Shown: positions 38,712 through 49,715, numbered from the whole stretch's first letter. The stretch is DNA of 61,583 nucleotides, filler included, from Trichosphaerium sp. ATCC 40318 (GCA_038496445.1; 3 parts of 3 records of this genome joined end to end with filler, not necessarily neighbours in it); one strand, 5' to 3'. Notes: a model not told the origin generated them from the letters alone. Numbers and translations: made by a program.

Positions 38712-39720
38712 AATATGTAACGTTTACTATCAACTTCTGTGTATGCTGTCTTGACAGTTTTGTGCATCCTTCGTTGGAACTAAAGAGCACGTGCACTAAA
38801 CTCTCGTTGCTGGCCAAAATAGCCAACGTAGATACATAACCCTGGGCTACTCAAGGTTTTTTGTGTGACGTTTTTATTTTGAACGTGCATGGCCATGAAA
38901 CAATCTGCCAATGAATGGTTTGTCAGAGGCTCCCTATCGAATGAAGCTATGTCAATGGATACGACCCATTGCTAGCAAATTATCTAGTATTTGTTCGCTC
39001 TATTTTATTGTCCGTTTCAGTCAAGTTAGTCAACTAGGTATTTCATCAGTTTTTTTTCTCGTAAAAAGTGCTCCAATGGATACTACAATAACAACCTATA
39101 CGGGTATTTTTTGGGTACTGTGCTTACTGCCTTTGAGTACGCTACAATATGACAAATCATTCAAAAGGATGTGTTGAAAGCGTTGGTCCGCAATTACAAA
39201 AGTGCAATGCACCACAAATAGTTTAGACTATTTTGGAATCTTGTATTGAATCGTCCTTTTGTGCCTTAAAAAAACAAGAATAACATTCACAACGATACCT
39301 ATTTATTATGACAAAATAATTGTGTGCATTTGCTTCAGGCGATAAACACGTGATTGTATCTATTAAACAAATTTTGTTTAACTAACATTGGAATCGTTCC
39401 TGAAATGATATACAGGATAACAACTTGAAGACTACCCTTGAGTACCATTGCTTACTCAATATATGTGCATAATCACGTCTAACAAGCATCAAGAAGTCAG
39501 GTCCCAAAGAAAAACACAGCAACTGCTTGAGTTTGCATCATTGCAATAATGGCAGCCAAAAAAAGGTCATCAGCTCATTCCGTCTATATTACCGTTTACC
39601 TCTGTGTTACCTGTTTGTATTCACAGTGACTACTTATGAACTCTTTTGGTATTGAAAATAACAATGACTTTTATGGAAAGCAACAAGACATTCAAGAGAG
39701 TGTTTTAATTTTTTATTATT

Positions 39721-40698
39721 TTATTGTTCCCAATGTATACTAGTTGTATCTACAAATGATTTAGTTATCTTTTTACAGTCCTTTATTCTGATACTTTTAA
39801 GAGCTTTCATGTATTGTAAGGCATTATTTGTGATTGCATGACAGTTATTAAGTACCAAGTGTTCGAGATTGATCAAATGTTTGAACCCTGAGTCTGTTAT
39901 TTTCCCACTTATACTCAACGACAAACATTTGACATTGACCAATGATTTAAGTCCATCATCTGTTATTAATGCTCCATTAGCAATACAAATAGTATGTACA
40001 TTCCCAAGATGGTTGAGCCATGATTCTGTTGCACGACCTATTCTAATTTCATGTACATCTTTGAGTGCCTTTATTCCTTCTTCAGTAATATTGAAGCAAC
40101 CACAGATATCAATAGTGTGTACACCTGTAAGTGCGATCAATGAAGCATCTGTTACCTTTGCCAAACGCAAATTTATATTGTGTACAGTGTGCTTTCCTCC
40201 ATGTACTAATGAGAGTATACCATAATCTGATACTTTAGTAAATCTTAGATTTATCGCGTGAACGCCAACCAATGCAGCGAGAGATTTTTCATGGAGCTCA
40301 ATATGACCAAGACTTATTGAATGAACACCACTTAAGGCTGTCATCCAATCACCTTTATTCGTGGTTGATGTGATACTGACATGATCTAGGGTTATAGTAC
40401 GAACGCCAGAAAGGTATCTCAAGTCAGTGTCTGATATAGTTAACTTACGACATGCTATCTCAGTGTTTTTGAGCAAAGGGCTGCCTTTTAGAACACGACA
40501 ATCAGATGAATTGCGCAAACGGATGTAATCGAAGCCAATATTACAGCGAATAATGTTATTAAACGCATGAGAGACTGTGGAAGCTTTAATACGTTGTGTT
40601 CTGTTTAAACAGCGAAGAATATGCGTTAAGGTCTCCGGAGGGACATTTTGGGTCCAACGATGGACGTTGTTTATCGTTTCACGTTGATTTGTTGCCAT
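39721..40698 (-). CDS. F-box + LRR protein
   Basis: VPPETLTHILRCL...ASTVSHAFNNII (F-box), LRRs GVHTIDICGCFNITEEGIKAL; uninterrupted ORF. Confidence 0.9.
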   Translation of the reverse strand: MATNQRETINNVHRWTQNVPPETLTHILRCLNRTQRIKASTVSHAFNNIIRCNIGFDYIRLRNSSDCRVLKGSPLLKNTEIACRKLTISDTDLRYLSGVRTITLDHVSITSTTNKGDWMTALSGVHSISLGHIELHEKSLAALVGVHAINLRFTKVSDYGILSLVHGGKHTVHNINLRLAKVTDASLIALTGVHTIDICGCFNITEEGIKALKDVHEIRIGRATESWLNHLGNVHTICIANGALITDDGLKSLVNVKCLSLSISGKITDSGFKHLINLEHLVLNNCHAITNNALQYMKALKSIRIKDCKKITKSFVDTTSIHWEQ

Positions 40699-42420
40699 TG
40701 GTTGCTGTATAGGGTTCAAAAGGTCAAATCCAGTCGGTCAAAATACCACGTGATTTTCCAAACTCACCAAAAAATTTTATGAACATATTTGACCCTGGCA
40801 GCGTTTACAAACACCACAGCAACGTTGGTAGTGTTTTGAGAGGTTTTTATGTCAATATACCTGCTTTGTTGTTTGAATGCTGCGAGAGCGCTTCTGTTAG
40901 CGTGGAGTAGGCGCTAGCGTAGCACTTGTACGTTATATACACGTACGTTGATTTTTAAAAAAACAGCAAATAGTGTGAGGCATTCGTCTGTGTTTGGCGG
41001 AATGCTCAAGCTTTGTTGACCATATAACCTTTAATTCGCTATTAGACTGATGTGGTTTTAACGTACGTGTGCCTACGTAAAATACTGCGATCGTCTTGCC
41101 AAGGTCTTTGAAAGTGACATTAAAAATGTGTTTATCACGTAAGGGACGTAAGTCGTACTATGCTAGACAGCATTGTGATTAATGGCACGCTAATAGTTCA
41201 CATTGTGATAGATCTACACCATCTAACAGAAGTGTAGATGTGCTAAAAGTGCTAAAAACTCACTAGAAAATACTAGTAAACTTGAATGATATGTTAAATC
41301 AACAGAACTAGCATTTTGTAACTAAACCATGACCTTGAATTCTCGCTATTCTAGGCACATAGATATGAAACTAACTAACTATAAATAAACATCTAAGCGC
41401 ACTCCTTCACAGATAGTGTGAATTTGTTTTTATTGGTAACTATCTCCTTACTCAGTTGAGCTTGTAGGTCCATCGCTAATCAATGAAAACTGTCCTAGCG
41501 TCAATTAGCATCTGAAAAAGGTACTCCAACGATGATTGCTCAAGAAAAGGAGCAGGCGAAGCAATTTTCTGACCCTTGCACCTAGGTATCGTTACAATCC
41601 TACTGCTTTGATAACGGAGCTAACCTAAACGTGTTGCTTCGCCTCATGAGTCTATTAATTATTTTAACAAACTTCAACTTAAACAGCTTCATGCTAAATC
41701 TGTGGATGAACTTGATGTTCTTAACAAACCGGCCAAATGAGTTGATGTTCCGGCGAGAAGGTGTTATTCTCTATGGTTCAGAGACTTGAAACAGAGCAGA
41801 CGTGGCAAAGAATCTCATTGTTGAATACAAAAAGGAAGTACAGTTTTTGCTCTGTTTTTGAAACGTTTGTCACGTGCTTATCACGTTTTTGTTAGGTAAA
41901 CCTGTAGCTACGCTATGGATGACTTTCATCTTGATTAGTTACCTACCGCTGGCTCGTTCAATGCCTGCAAACTCAGAGGGTCTCTGGAAGCTCTTTGTCA
42001 CAATGAACTACCTAAGTGCTAGTCGCTAAGGCATGGCAACTCTTAAGCACATCACAGTACATTAACGCACTTCATTGTATAAAGTTAATGTCGTCACCAC
42101 AGCCTATGTAATGCCCGTTTTTGTTATAATTTTGGAATACTGTACTCTAATTATTATTAGAGAGTAGCAAAAATTGTGAAAGAATGGAAATACATACATG
42201 CGCAGAGAAAAAGGTAAAACGCTCAAACAGGGAATAAATTAGCAGATAATTTGTTGCATATACGGGAAAAAAACAAACTTTAATGTCACCACCATAGGCT
42301 ATGTAATCCACCGTTTTTAACAAATTCTTGTGACGATGTGCGCTAACTACTAGAGAGTAGCGCCAATTGCAAAAGAAGGATGGAAATCACCTACATACTA
42401 TGAAAAACGCAAAAAGTCAT

Positions 42421-42494
42421 TGGTCATACAGGGGATCGAACCCTGGACCCCCGCGTTATTAGCACGGTGCTCTAACCAGCTGAGCTATACGACC
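42421..42494 (-). tRNA. tRNA-Ile (anticodon AAT)
   Basis: GGTCGTATAGCTCAGCTGGTTAGAGCACCGTGCTAATAACGCGGGGGTCCAGGGTTCGATCCCCTGTATGACCA forms a cloverleaf with A and B boxes, followed by a T5 Pol III terminator. Confidence 0.95.
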
Positions 42495-44077
42495 CATTTA
42501 CAATCTTTCTACTAATACAAAGTGAGGCGATGACTTATGATTTGACTAATCAATCAAAGAGCGAGATACTTTTCACTCACTAAACATCAATCTATTCACT
42601 CTGATCACTCAAATCAATCTTGCCAGCGCAGTCATTCTATTAAACCAACCTCAAGCATCACACCTCCTCCTCTTTCAAGCTATAGTAATCATGATAAGAA
42701 CAAACGCTGTTTGGGCCGGCATAAAATTTTCACTGACACCGAATGGGCCAAAGGAACACTCACTTGCATCAATTGTGCGCATTCATACAACGAGAATAGA
42801 GAATGTCCGTGAACAAGCCATTCAAGAGTGGTCCGAAGCAAAAAAGGCAACCAGAGGCCACGAAATCGCACATGATATAAGGCGCATACCTCACCACGTT
42901 GCTCTTGAACTGTGCGAATTATTATGGCAAGATACGTTCAAAGGTAACTCAATCAACCAACAAAAGAAATATTTTACGCGCCATGAACGCGGTTTGAACT
43001 TTGTTAGTGAAAAATAAAAACTTTTTCAACAATTAATTTTTTACCTAATACCACAAAAATTGTTTCGCATTCACCTGGTTTTGATCTTGTCACATTACTA
43101 ATAGCCCACAACAATCTTTCTACTAACAAAATTGTTTTGCATTCACCCGGTTTTGATCTTGTCACATAACTAACAAGCCCTCTCAACAATCTTACTACTA
43201 CTATACGACCGTGATTACAATCTTTCTACTAATATAAAGTGAACCGATGACTTATGATTTGACTAATCAATCAAAGATGAGAAGAGCGAGATAATCATGA
43301 CATAAGGCGCATACCTCACCACGTTGCTCTTGAACTATACGACCATTTACGACCATTTAATCAATAAGAGCTGAAGCGGTCACTTTCAAAATAACTAATC
43401 ACTAGAGATCACGTGTTTCAATTACAATATGGCCTACTACTCATTCTGTTCAACACCTTCTCTGCAATTAGTGTAATGGACTATAACTCCTACATACCAC
43501 CAGTGTCATCAGTTGTAATCAAATGCAGACAAAGTAGAGTGCTAGTGCAATCAACAATACCTTTTTCCGTCTTCGTTTCGACAAAAATCTTCAGCTTTCG
43601 TACGAAAGTGATATGTCTAGCCACAGCAGCGTACATGCGTTGTCTTTCTTGTAAATACGCTCATATCAGATTATCCAAATGCATGCATGAGGCTGGAACC
43701 GAATTGCTACAACGTCAAGGTTGTTTACGATATTATTACGGTTGTGTAGCTAATATGAACGCACAGAGCGTGTGTCATCTGGTTTAGCCATTTTGATAGC
43801 GTTTGACGTTGACATTTGCTTTTTTATTCTGTGGCCCGAATTTCAGTAGATTCTTTCAACAATAGCTTGTAGAGAACGATATCTGTATTATTACGTAGTA
43901 TGAACGCATATTAACAACTTGTTACCTATTTCTGCTTTACAGTGTCCAAAGCGCTTTGTTTCGCGTTTTTTACAAAGCCGTCACCTGTTTCAGACAGTGG
44001 AACACCGGGCCAATGAGTTCCATAGTTTGTACTTCGTTTACGTCGTCATAAAAAGTCTTGTAACAAAAATTTCAGGA

Positions 44078-44194
44078 ATTAGACCAATACCTCAATCCCA
44101 ACAAAAGCGGTGCAAGACGATCTGGGAGGAAAGGAACACACGGTCCCTGGCCGATAGCTCTGGCGCAGAGCGAGCATGTGTGAGGTTTATTTAC
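44078..44194 (-). repeat. Split direct repeat B2 (117 bp; identical to B1 at 44386-44502)
   Basis: attagaccaatacctc...gaggtttatttac present twice, offset 308. Confidence 0.95.
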
Positions 44195-44282
44195 AAAACA
44201 TGATCGCGAATGCAATAAAATACAAAAGAGAAAAAGAAAAAATTTTTTTTTTTTTTTTTAAAAAAGGGTGGTAGTGGGAGGG

Positions 44283-44387
44283 TGATTTCTGCTTGCTATC
44301 GTATAAACCAGCTTGAGTCGGTTGTCTGTCTTTGTTGTATCAGTCCAGTTTGTTCAAACGCCTGAAATGTCTCACATGTTCAGACAT
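44283..44387 (-). repeat. Split direct repeat A2 (105 bp; identical to A1 at 49032-49136)
   Basis: tgatttctgcttgctatcg...atgttcagacat present twice, offset 4749. Confidence 0.95.
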
Positions 44388-44507
44388 TAGACCAATACCT
44401 CAATCCCAACAAAAGCGGTGCAAGACGATCTGGGAGGAAAGGAACACACGGTCCCTGGCCGATAGCTCTGGCGCAGAGCGAGCATGTGTGAGGTTTATTT
44501 ACCCATG

Positions 44508-45568
44508 TCAATCCTCAAGCCATGGTTGAGGTTGACCCTCCTCCCCAGAAGCGTCTGAAGCTGTCATTTTTCCTAATCTAATTCTTTGCGTCATAAGTTT
44601 TTGAGCTATAAGTCGGTCTTGCTTTCCATGGACAACGTATATATTATATGCATCTGAGCTCCAATCGCCCATATACTTAATCCATTCCTTTGATACTCCT
44701 GCTGCAGCTGCGTATGTGGCTCCTCCTCGTCTATAGGAGTGTCCAGCATATTGTCTAGCGTCCTTATATGTGCCTTCTATTTGTAGTTTTGTCCATGCTA
44801 CAAACTTGCTGTATGTAATCTGAACCCACCGTCCTTGTTTCTTATATCTTAACAGAGATCTGTATCTAGCAGGGTTCACTTTCCTAATTAGCATGTCTAT
44901 TGCTTGTACCGGACACAGTACATGTCCTTCAAGGTTAGTCAAGGGTAACACGTGTTTACGTTCTCGAAATCTAATCGTTTTTGTCTTACGTATTGTATAC
45001 CACCATGTATCTCGATCTCTCGTCATGTTAGCGAGTGCTATGTGTCGCAGGATGTCGAAATCAGCTGCTTTTTGCGGTACTAGGTTGCCAATGCGCAGAA
45101 AGCCCCAGAAAGCGATGAGAGCTCCCGTCCAAAAAACTAAGTCCTTGTGTTTGCGTAAATCTATGTTTTGTCGTATCTTGAGAAGCATCAGCGGTGTGAT
45201 TGGCCTTTTCCTGTCAATCTTGTGCCCCAATGATGTTCTTAAACTTCTCAGCATATCGTAGTATTGCACACAGTCAGTTCGAGGGTCTGTGTGTCCTAAT
45301 CTTTTGCATAGCCAAGCCCAATGTGACAGATATACCCTGATAGTATCTGGAAGTAATCCTTTCGAGTTCTCGCTCTCTTTTGCCCAAAGCGCTACAACCA
45401 GTTGCAAGTTCTCATGCGACAGAGGCATCCATTGATCCTCTGGAACTTTCAAGCAAATCAACGCTAAAATTACAGCTGTAATAGCTGATCGTCTATTGTT
45501 GTTAGTGCTTTCAGGATACGCTGTCCTGAGGATATTGACACGTTTTTGTTCTGCTAATTGCTTAATAT
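44508..45568 (-). CDS. Tyrosine recombinase of the YR retrotransposon
   Basis: Catalytic set FLRIGN (R), KTKT (K), GHSYRRGG (HxxR), GDWSS (W), AYNIY (Y). Frame stays open upstream of the listed ORF (IKQLAEQKRVNILRTAYPEST). Confidence 0.95.
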
Positions 45569-45588
45569 CTAGGAAAAAAAAATGAATT

Positions 45589-47190
45589 TTATTTAATAAA
45601 TCTTCCGCTAGTGTTAGTAAAACCAGCTGTCGCCGCCGCTTTATGAAACCTCTCCCAATTGTATCTACTTAAGGAGTCGGCTAGCACATTATCCTTTGAG
45701 GCAATCCAAGAGGACTCAAGCCTGAATCCCAAAGAAGCCGACCACAAATGAAGATCGTATATCATCTTCATGGCTCGTTTGTTACGCATGACCAATTTGT
45801 TCACCGCTTGTACTACTCCTGTGTTGTCGATGAGCATGTTTCCCACTATCTTATTGCGAAAGAGGTGGCGCCATTCCTTGACAGCCATCCACACTGCGTA
45901 CATCTCTTTAACGTTGATGTGCCATTTGAACTCTGCATTGGTAAATGTGTGTATAATCCACTTACCCTTGAAAAACGCTGCTGCTGCAGCCGATGATGCG
46001 TCTGTTTGCAAGGATCCTTTGACCAACGGGAGAGGAGACAGGAGTATAGCTTTCCCGTCCCACTCGTCCATCATATCACGCCACCAAAATAAATCTTTGC
46101 GCATTGCTGCTGAGCAGAACACCCATTGCTCATTGTTAGTTGCTTTTCGCATGCCGTCATACAGGCGTCTCAAGTAGGTGTGACCACCGTAAACAACTTG
46201 AGCTGCGAAGTTGAGCGTACCAGTCAACTTCATCCACTTACGCAATTTTGCTGATTTTTGTGTAAGAAACCAGCTTATGAGCTCCTTAATTTTTTGTTTC
46301 TTGCGTTGTGTGAGTGCAACTGTTCTTGAAACCATGTCAAAATCTAAACCCAAAAAGGTAAGTCGCTGTTTGGGTCCCTCACACTTCTCTGGGGTCATGG
46401 TAAAGCCCAGGTCTTTAAGCATTTTAACCAGAACCTCAAGACCTTGTTTAGCTTCTTCTGGTGATCTTGCAACAATGAGCCAGTCGTCAAGGTATACTAC
46501 ATGAAACCAGCATCCTTGCTTAGCAAACAGGCGTGAGACTATGCCCATCAACCTAACAAAAACGAATGGCGCTCGGTTCCATCCAAAAGGGAGTCTGCTA
46601 TCAGCATAGCACTTGCCCTGCCAACAGAAACCCAATAAATCATGATCGTCTGGGTGTACCGGAACCATCCGGTATGCACAAAACATGTCCGCTTTAGCTA
46701 ACCAGAGCTTTCCTTTGTGGTCTCGAATAAAGGTGATAACGTCCTTTAGAGCTGAGAGAGCGAACTTAGGAGGTGGTACTGAAAGGTCGTTAATAGACAT
46801 GCCCACCGGAAGATTGAGACAGACAATCTTTCTTATCTTATTCCTAAAATTGCCTTTTGCATCGTATTTAGGTAATGCGGCTATCTTGTTGCAGCGTCTG
46901 ATATGGTTGCCTATATAAATCCAACCGTTCTCCTTTTCCATCTTAATGTCAGCTTCCACAAACTTCTTAAAGGTAATGCATGTTTTAGAGTTGTCCAAGT
47001 GGAAGCTTTTAACTATGGTGTCTTTTGGTACAATACGAATACCTGTATGTATCCAAGATTTAAGCCATAACCAGTCTTTGTCGCTATTAGTTAACTGCTC
47101 CCAAACTTTATAGCGCTGAGATATAGGTGCAACAGAATATGGTAAAACATTTTTATTAGCAGGCAAGACAGGTACAGCGGCTTTTAATTG
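45589..47190 (-). CDS. Reverse transcriptase + RNase H (DIRS-type), in frame with gag
   Basis: KADMFCAYRMVPV, LPFGWNRAP, YLDD, FLGL; RNase H LQTDASS, HINVKEMYA, IDNTGVV, NVLADSLSR. Confidence 0.95.
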   Translation of the reverse strand, partial: QLKAAVPVLPANKNVLPYSVAPISQRYKVWEQLTNSDKDWLWLKSWIHTGIRIVPKDTIVKSFHLDNSKTCITFKKFVEADIKMEKENGWIYIGNHIRRCNKIAALPKYDAKGNFRNKIRKIVCLNLPVGMSINDLSVPPPKFALSALKDVITFIRDHKGKLWLAKADMFCAYRMVPVHPDDHDLLGFCWQGKCYADSRLPFGWNRAPFVFVRLMGIVSRLFAKQGCWFHVVYLDDWLIVARSPEEAKQGLEVLVKMLKDLGFTMTPEKCEGPKQRLTFLGLDFDMVSRTVALTQRKKQKIKELISWFLTQKSAKLRKWMKLTGTLNFAAQVVYGGHTYLRRLYDGMRKATNNEQWVFCSAAMRKDLFWWRDMMDEWDGKAILLSPLPLVKGSLQTDASSAAAAAFFKGKWIIHTFTNAEFKWHINVKEMYAVWMAVKEWRHLFRNKIVGNMLIDNTGVVQAVNKLVMRNKRAMKMIYDLHLWSASLGFRLESSWIASKDNVLADSLSRYNWERFHKAAATAGFTNTSGRFIK

Positions 47191-49032
47191 TCAAGTACGA
47201 CGAGGAGAAGGACATCCATTGATCCAATGTCCAGGGTTACCGCAATTCAGGCAAACGTGTTCCATTATGCAGTTGCCAGCTGCCTTGAAGCGGCAGTTGT
47301 CGGTGCCAGTGATATTTGCATTGATACACGCCATGTGTATGTTATAAATACGCCAAGGGTTTCTCTTGCTGCCCCTTTGTCTGTCGCGTAGCTGCTGAGT
47401 GGTAAAACGCTGACGAGGAGGGGCCTGTGGGCGCTGTTGTTGTTGTTGAGGTGCCTGTGACGGATAAGCTAGCTGTTGTTGCTGGTATTGTTGCGTTTGT
47501 ACTGGACCTAAATACATACTTAGGTACAACGAAGGCACCGTGTAGCTAGCGTTGGTTCTTTCCCAACAAACACGGACCGCTCTGTCAAAGACTAATACCT
47601 GTTGCCATGGGTATAGACACAGTAATTGCCTGAGCTGGTCCTGATATGCTTTGTGTCGGTTGAGCATATCCTGGGTTAGGAGTCTGTGTTTGACGTCCTC
47701 GTTTAACTGCTCCTCTATCATAACCAGCCTGGCCATAAGGTCTGGGGCGCTTGTTACGCAGACCGGCTTTGATGCCTTGGTCAACGAGCGCGCTGATGTA
47801 CTGTGCAGATACGTCAGTGGTGCCACAAACTCAGGGAAGTAGACCGGCTTGTCAATGCCGAATCTAACAACACCTGAAAAAAGGGGTGCTTCTGCAAAGA
47901 GAATACGAAGTAGTTTCGCTTTTTCTGCACTTACCGCTGTTAATTGGTGCGGAGAGCTGAACGCATTACCAAAAACATTGGGAGCTGTTGCGGTTGCTAC
48001 ACCAACACGTGAGTCAAAGTCAGGGAGCGCAAACGGCGTACTTGTAGGAGCGCTAGCCGGCGTTTGTGGAGGAGCTGTAGGAGCCATGGAGGGAGCTGCA
48101 CCTCCAGTCATGTATTGCTGAGTGTGCTGGGTTGAACCCGTATGCGTCTGAACGGACAGAGTGCTTTGCTTTTTCGCAATGACGCCTGCTTTTGCAAGGT
48201 ATGAGTCAGCGCGTTGTCTAGCGCGAAAAACATTATCTTCCAGCGACTTTGCTTTTTGCCACGTGGAAGTAGTCGTACTTGGTTTAGTAACGGGCTGTTG
48301 CTGCGTTACATTTTGTGGCTGCTGTTGAGCCGCCAAACGTTCTTTTTCCATTTTTGCGCATTTGGCTCTTTCCATTGCTACCGCCTCTTCCGCTAACTTG
48401 ACACGTAGTATCAGGGCGTTGTTAGCTGCTTGCAGGCCCTTAATAACCGGTATAGGTGAATCTAAGTCTTCATCAGCTGTCGCAAATTCGTCGTCGATAT
48501 TAAGCTCTCCGCCTGTCGCATTAAGCTCTTCATCTGAATTAGGATTAGTAGACGACGGAGAAGACAAAATTTCAGCTTTTTCATTTCGTTTGGAAAAGGG
48601 GGAAAATTTTCTAATTCGATCAATAATTTTCGTAGAGTCTTGGGCGTCTTGTAGTATCTCTTTTAGTTTATCGGAGCGTTTACGCGATAAATTAAGTTTG
48701 AATTGGGTACCGATCCTATCCCAGTTAGGGTATTGCTTGCTGTGGATGGCTGCAGCGACATGTTGGAAAATTTCTATTAAATCCGGTCTTGTTTTCTTAG
48801 CCAATATATCCCATAAATTAACACCCCTAATACGCTTATCTGGGTCTAACGTTACCCTGAAAAAGTTTATGATGTCGTCTTTGGTAACAGTATTTGGATT
48901 AGCGGCGATGGTCTTTTCAAAGTCGGCGAGAGGTCCAGCGGCATTGACAGCGATTTTAAACCAGTACGGACCTACAGGCGGCCGGCTTTGGTCTAGCCGG
49001 TCTTCGTCGGTGATTTCGTTATTCTTTTCCAT
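47191..49032 (-). CDS. Gag-like ORF1 of the YR retrotransposon
   Basis: 613 aa; YPWQQVLVFDRAVR capsid-like motif of DIRS/Ngaro gags; C-terminal CxF-H-CxxC and CLNCGNPGHWINGC zinc knuckle. Confidence 0.9.
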   Translation of the reverse strand: MEKNNEITDEDRLDQSRPPVGPYWFKIAVNAAGPLADFEKTIAANPNTVTKDDIINFFRVTLDPDKRIRGVNLWDILAKKTRPDLIEIFQHVAAAIHSKQYPNWDRIGTQFKLNLSRKRSDKLKEILQDAQDSTKIIDRIRKFSPFSKRNEKAEILSSPSSTNPNSDEELNATGGELNIDDEFATADEDLDSPIPVIKGLQAANNALILRVKLAEEAVAMERAKCAKMEKERLAAQQQPQNVTQQQPVTKPSTTTSTWQKAKSLEDNVFRARQRADSYLAKAGVIAKKQSTLSVQTHTGSTQHTQQYMTGGAAPSMAPTAPPQTPASAPTSTPFALPDFDSRVGVATATAPNVFGNAFSSPHQLTAVSAEKAKLLRILFAEAPLFSGVVRFGIDKPVYFPEFVAPLTYLHSTSARSLTKASKPVCVTSAPDLMARLVMIEEQLNEDVKHRLLTQDMLNRHKAYQDQLRQLLCLYPWQQVLVFDRAVRVCWERTNASYTVPSLYLSMYLGPVQTQQYQQQQLAYPSQAPQQQQQRPQAPPRQRFTTQQLRDRQRGSKRNPWRIYNIHMACINANITGTDNCRFKAAGNCIMEHVCLNCGNPGHWINGCPSPRRT

Positions 49033-49442
49033 GATTTCTGCTTGCTATCGTATAAACCAGCTTGAGTCGGTTGTCTGTCTTTGTTGTATCAGTCCAGTTT
49101 GTTCAAACGCCTGAAATGTCTCACATGTTCAGACATAAAAGAAGATTTGGTATTTTTTTATTTTCTAATCGTACAACTATAGTGGCGCTACACCGGTAGG
49201 ACAAAGATCTCAGGTGCTGACCTTGATGTCACATAAAGAAGATTTGAATTGTTGGATTGTCACATACATTGCAAGAACAAACACGCTTGAAAAAAGGGTA
49301 CAAGTATCCTTCCACCATGTCATGTGATAAAACATGCCTCTTCTATTATCCTTCAACCACTTCAGAATGGCCTGTTTGTTTGGTTAACTGTGGAGATTAT
49401 TTACTAGAGACGCTACAACCAAGATTAAACTTTTCACCGCCT

Positions 49443-49715
49443 TTTTCAGTTCTGTCAATCAGCTTATATTATTGTACATCCATAACAGATAAAGGTGTCA
49501 AGGCCTTGGCCGGTGTCCATGATATCGATTTAACAGCGACACAAGTAACAGATGAAGCCATCACAGCATTGATTGGTGTACGTATTATTGTGTTACACGA
49601 TACAAATAAAGTAACAGATAAAGGTTTGAAGTCATTGAATGGTGTACAGGCTATCAGTGCAAAAAGATGTGAATCAATCAAATATAAATACGGACCAACC
49701 TACACTTATAAGTAA
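49443..49715 (+). pseudogene. LRR fragment of the same F-box/LRR family
   Basis: ISLYYCTSITDKGVKALAGVHDIDLTATQVTDEAITALIGV...VTDKGLKSLNGV; no intact F-box upstream. Confidence 0.7.

Larger units (their letters stand above)
44078..49136 (-). mobile_element. Tyrosine-recombinase (DIRS-order, Ngaro-like) retrotransposon with split direct repeats, apparently intact
   Basis: Element orientation A1(49136-49032)-gag-RT/RNaseH-YR-B1(44502-44386)-A2(44387-44283)-spacer-B2(44194-44078); repeat copies identical by eye; no methyltransferase domain after RNase H. Confidence 0.95.

Noticed and set aside
41460-42020. Possible BRCT-like fragment (LVTYRWLVQCLQ)
   Set aside because: Stops in all frames and only a short motif; cannot support a call.
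43919-44529. Two ORFs sharing the peptide IRPIPQSQQKRCKTIWEERN
   Set aside because: Translation of the duplicated B repeat, not genes.
48362-49114. 250-aa plus-strand ORF and other ORFs antisense to gag, RT, YR and the Pro/Thr exon
   Set aside because: Shadows of the real genes on the opposite strand; no motifs.
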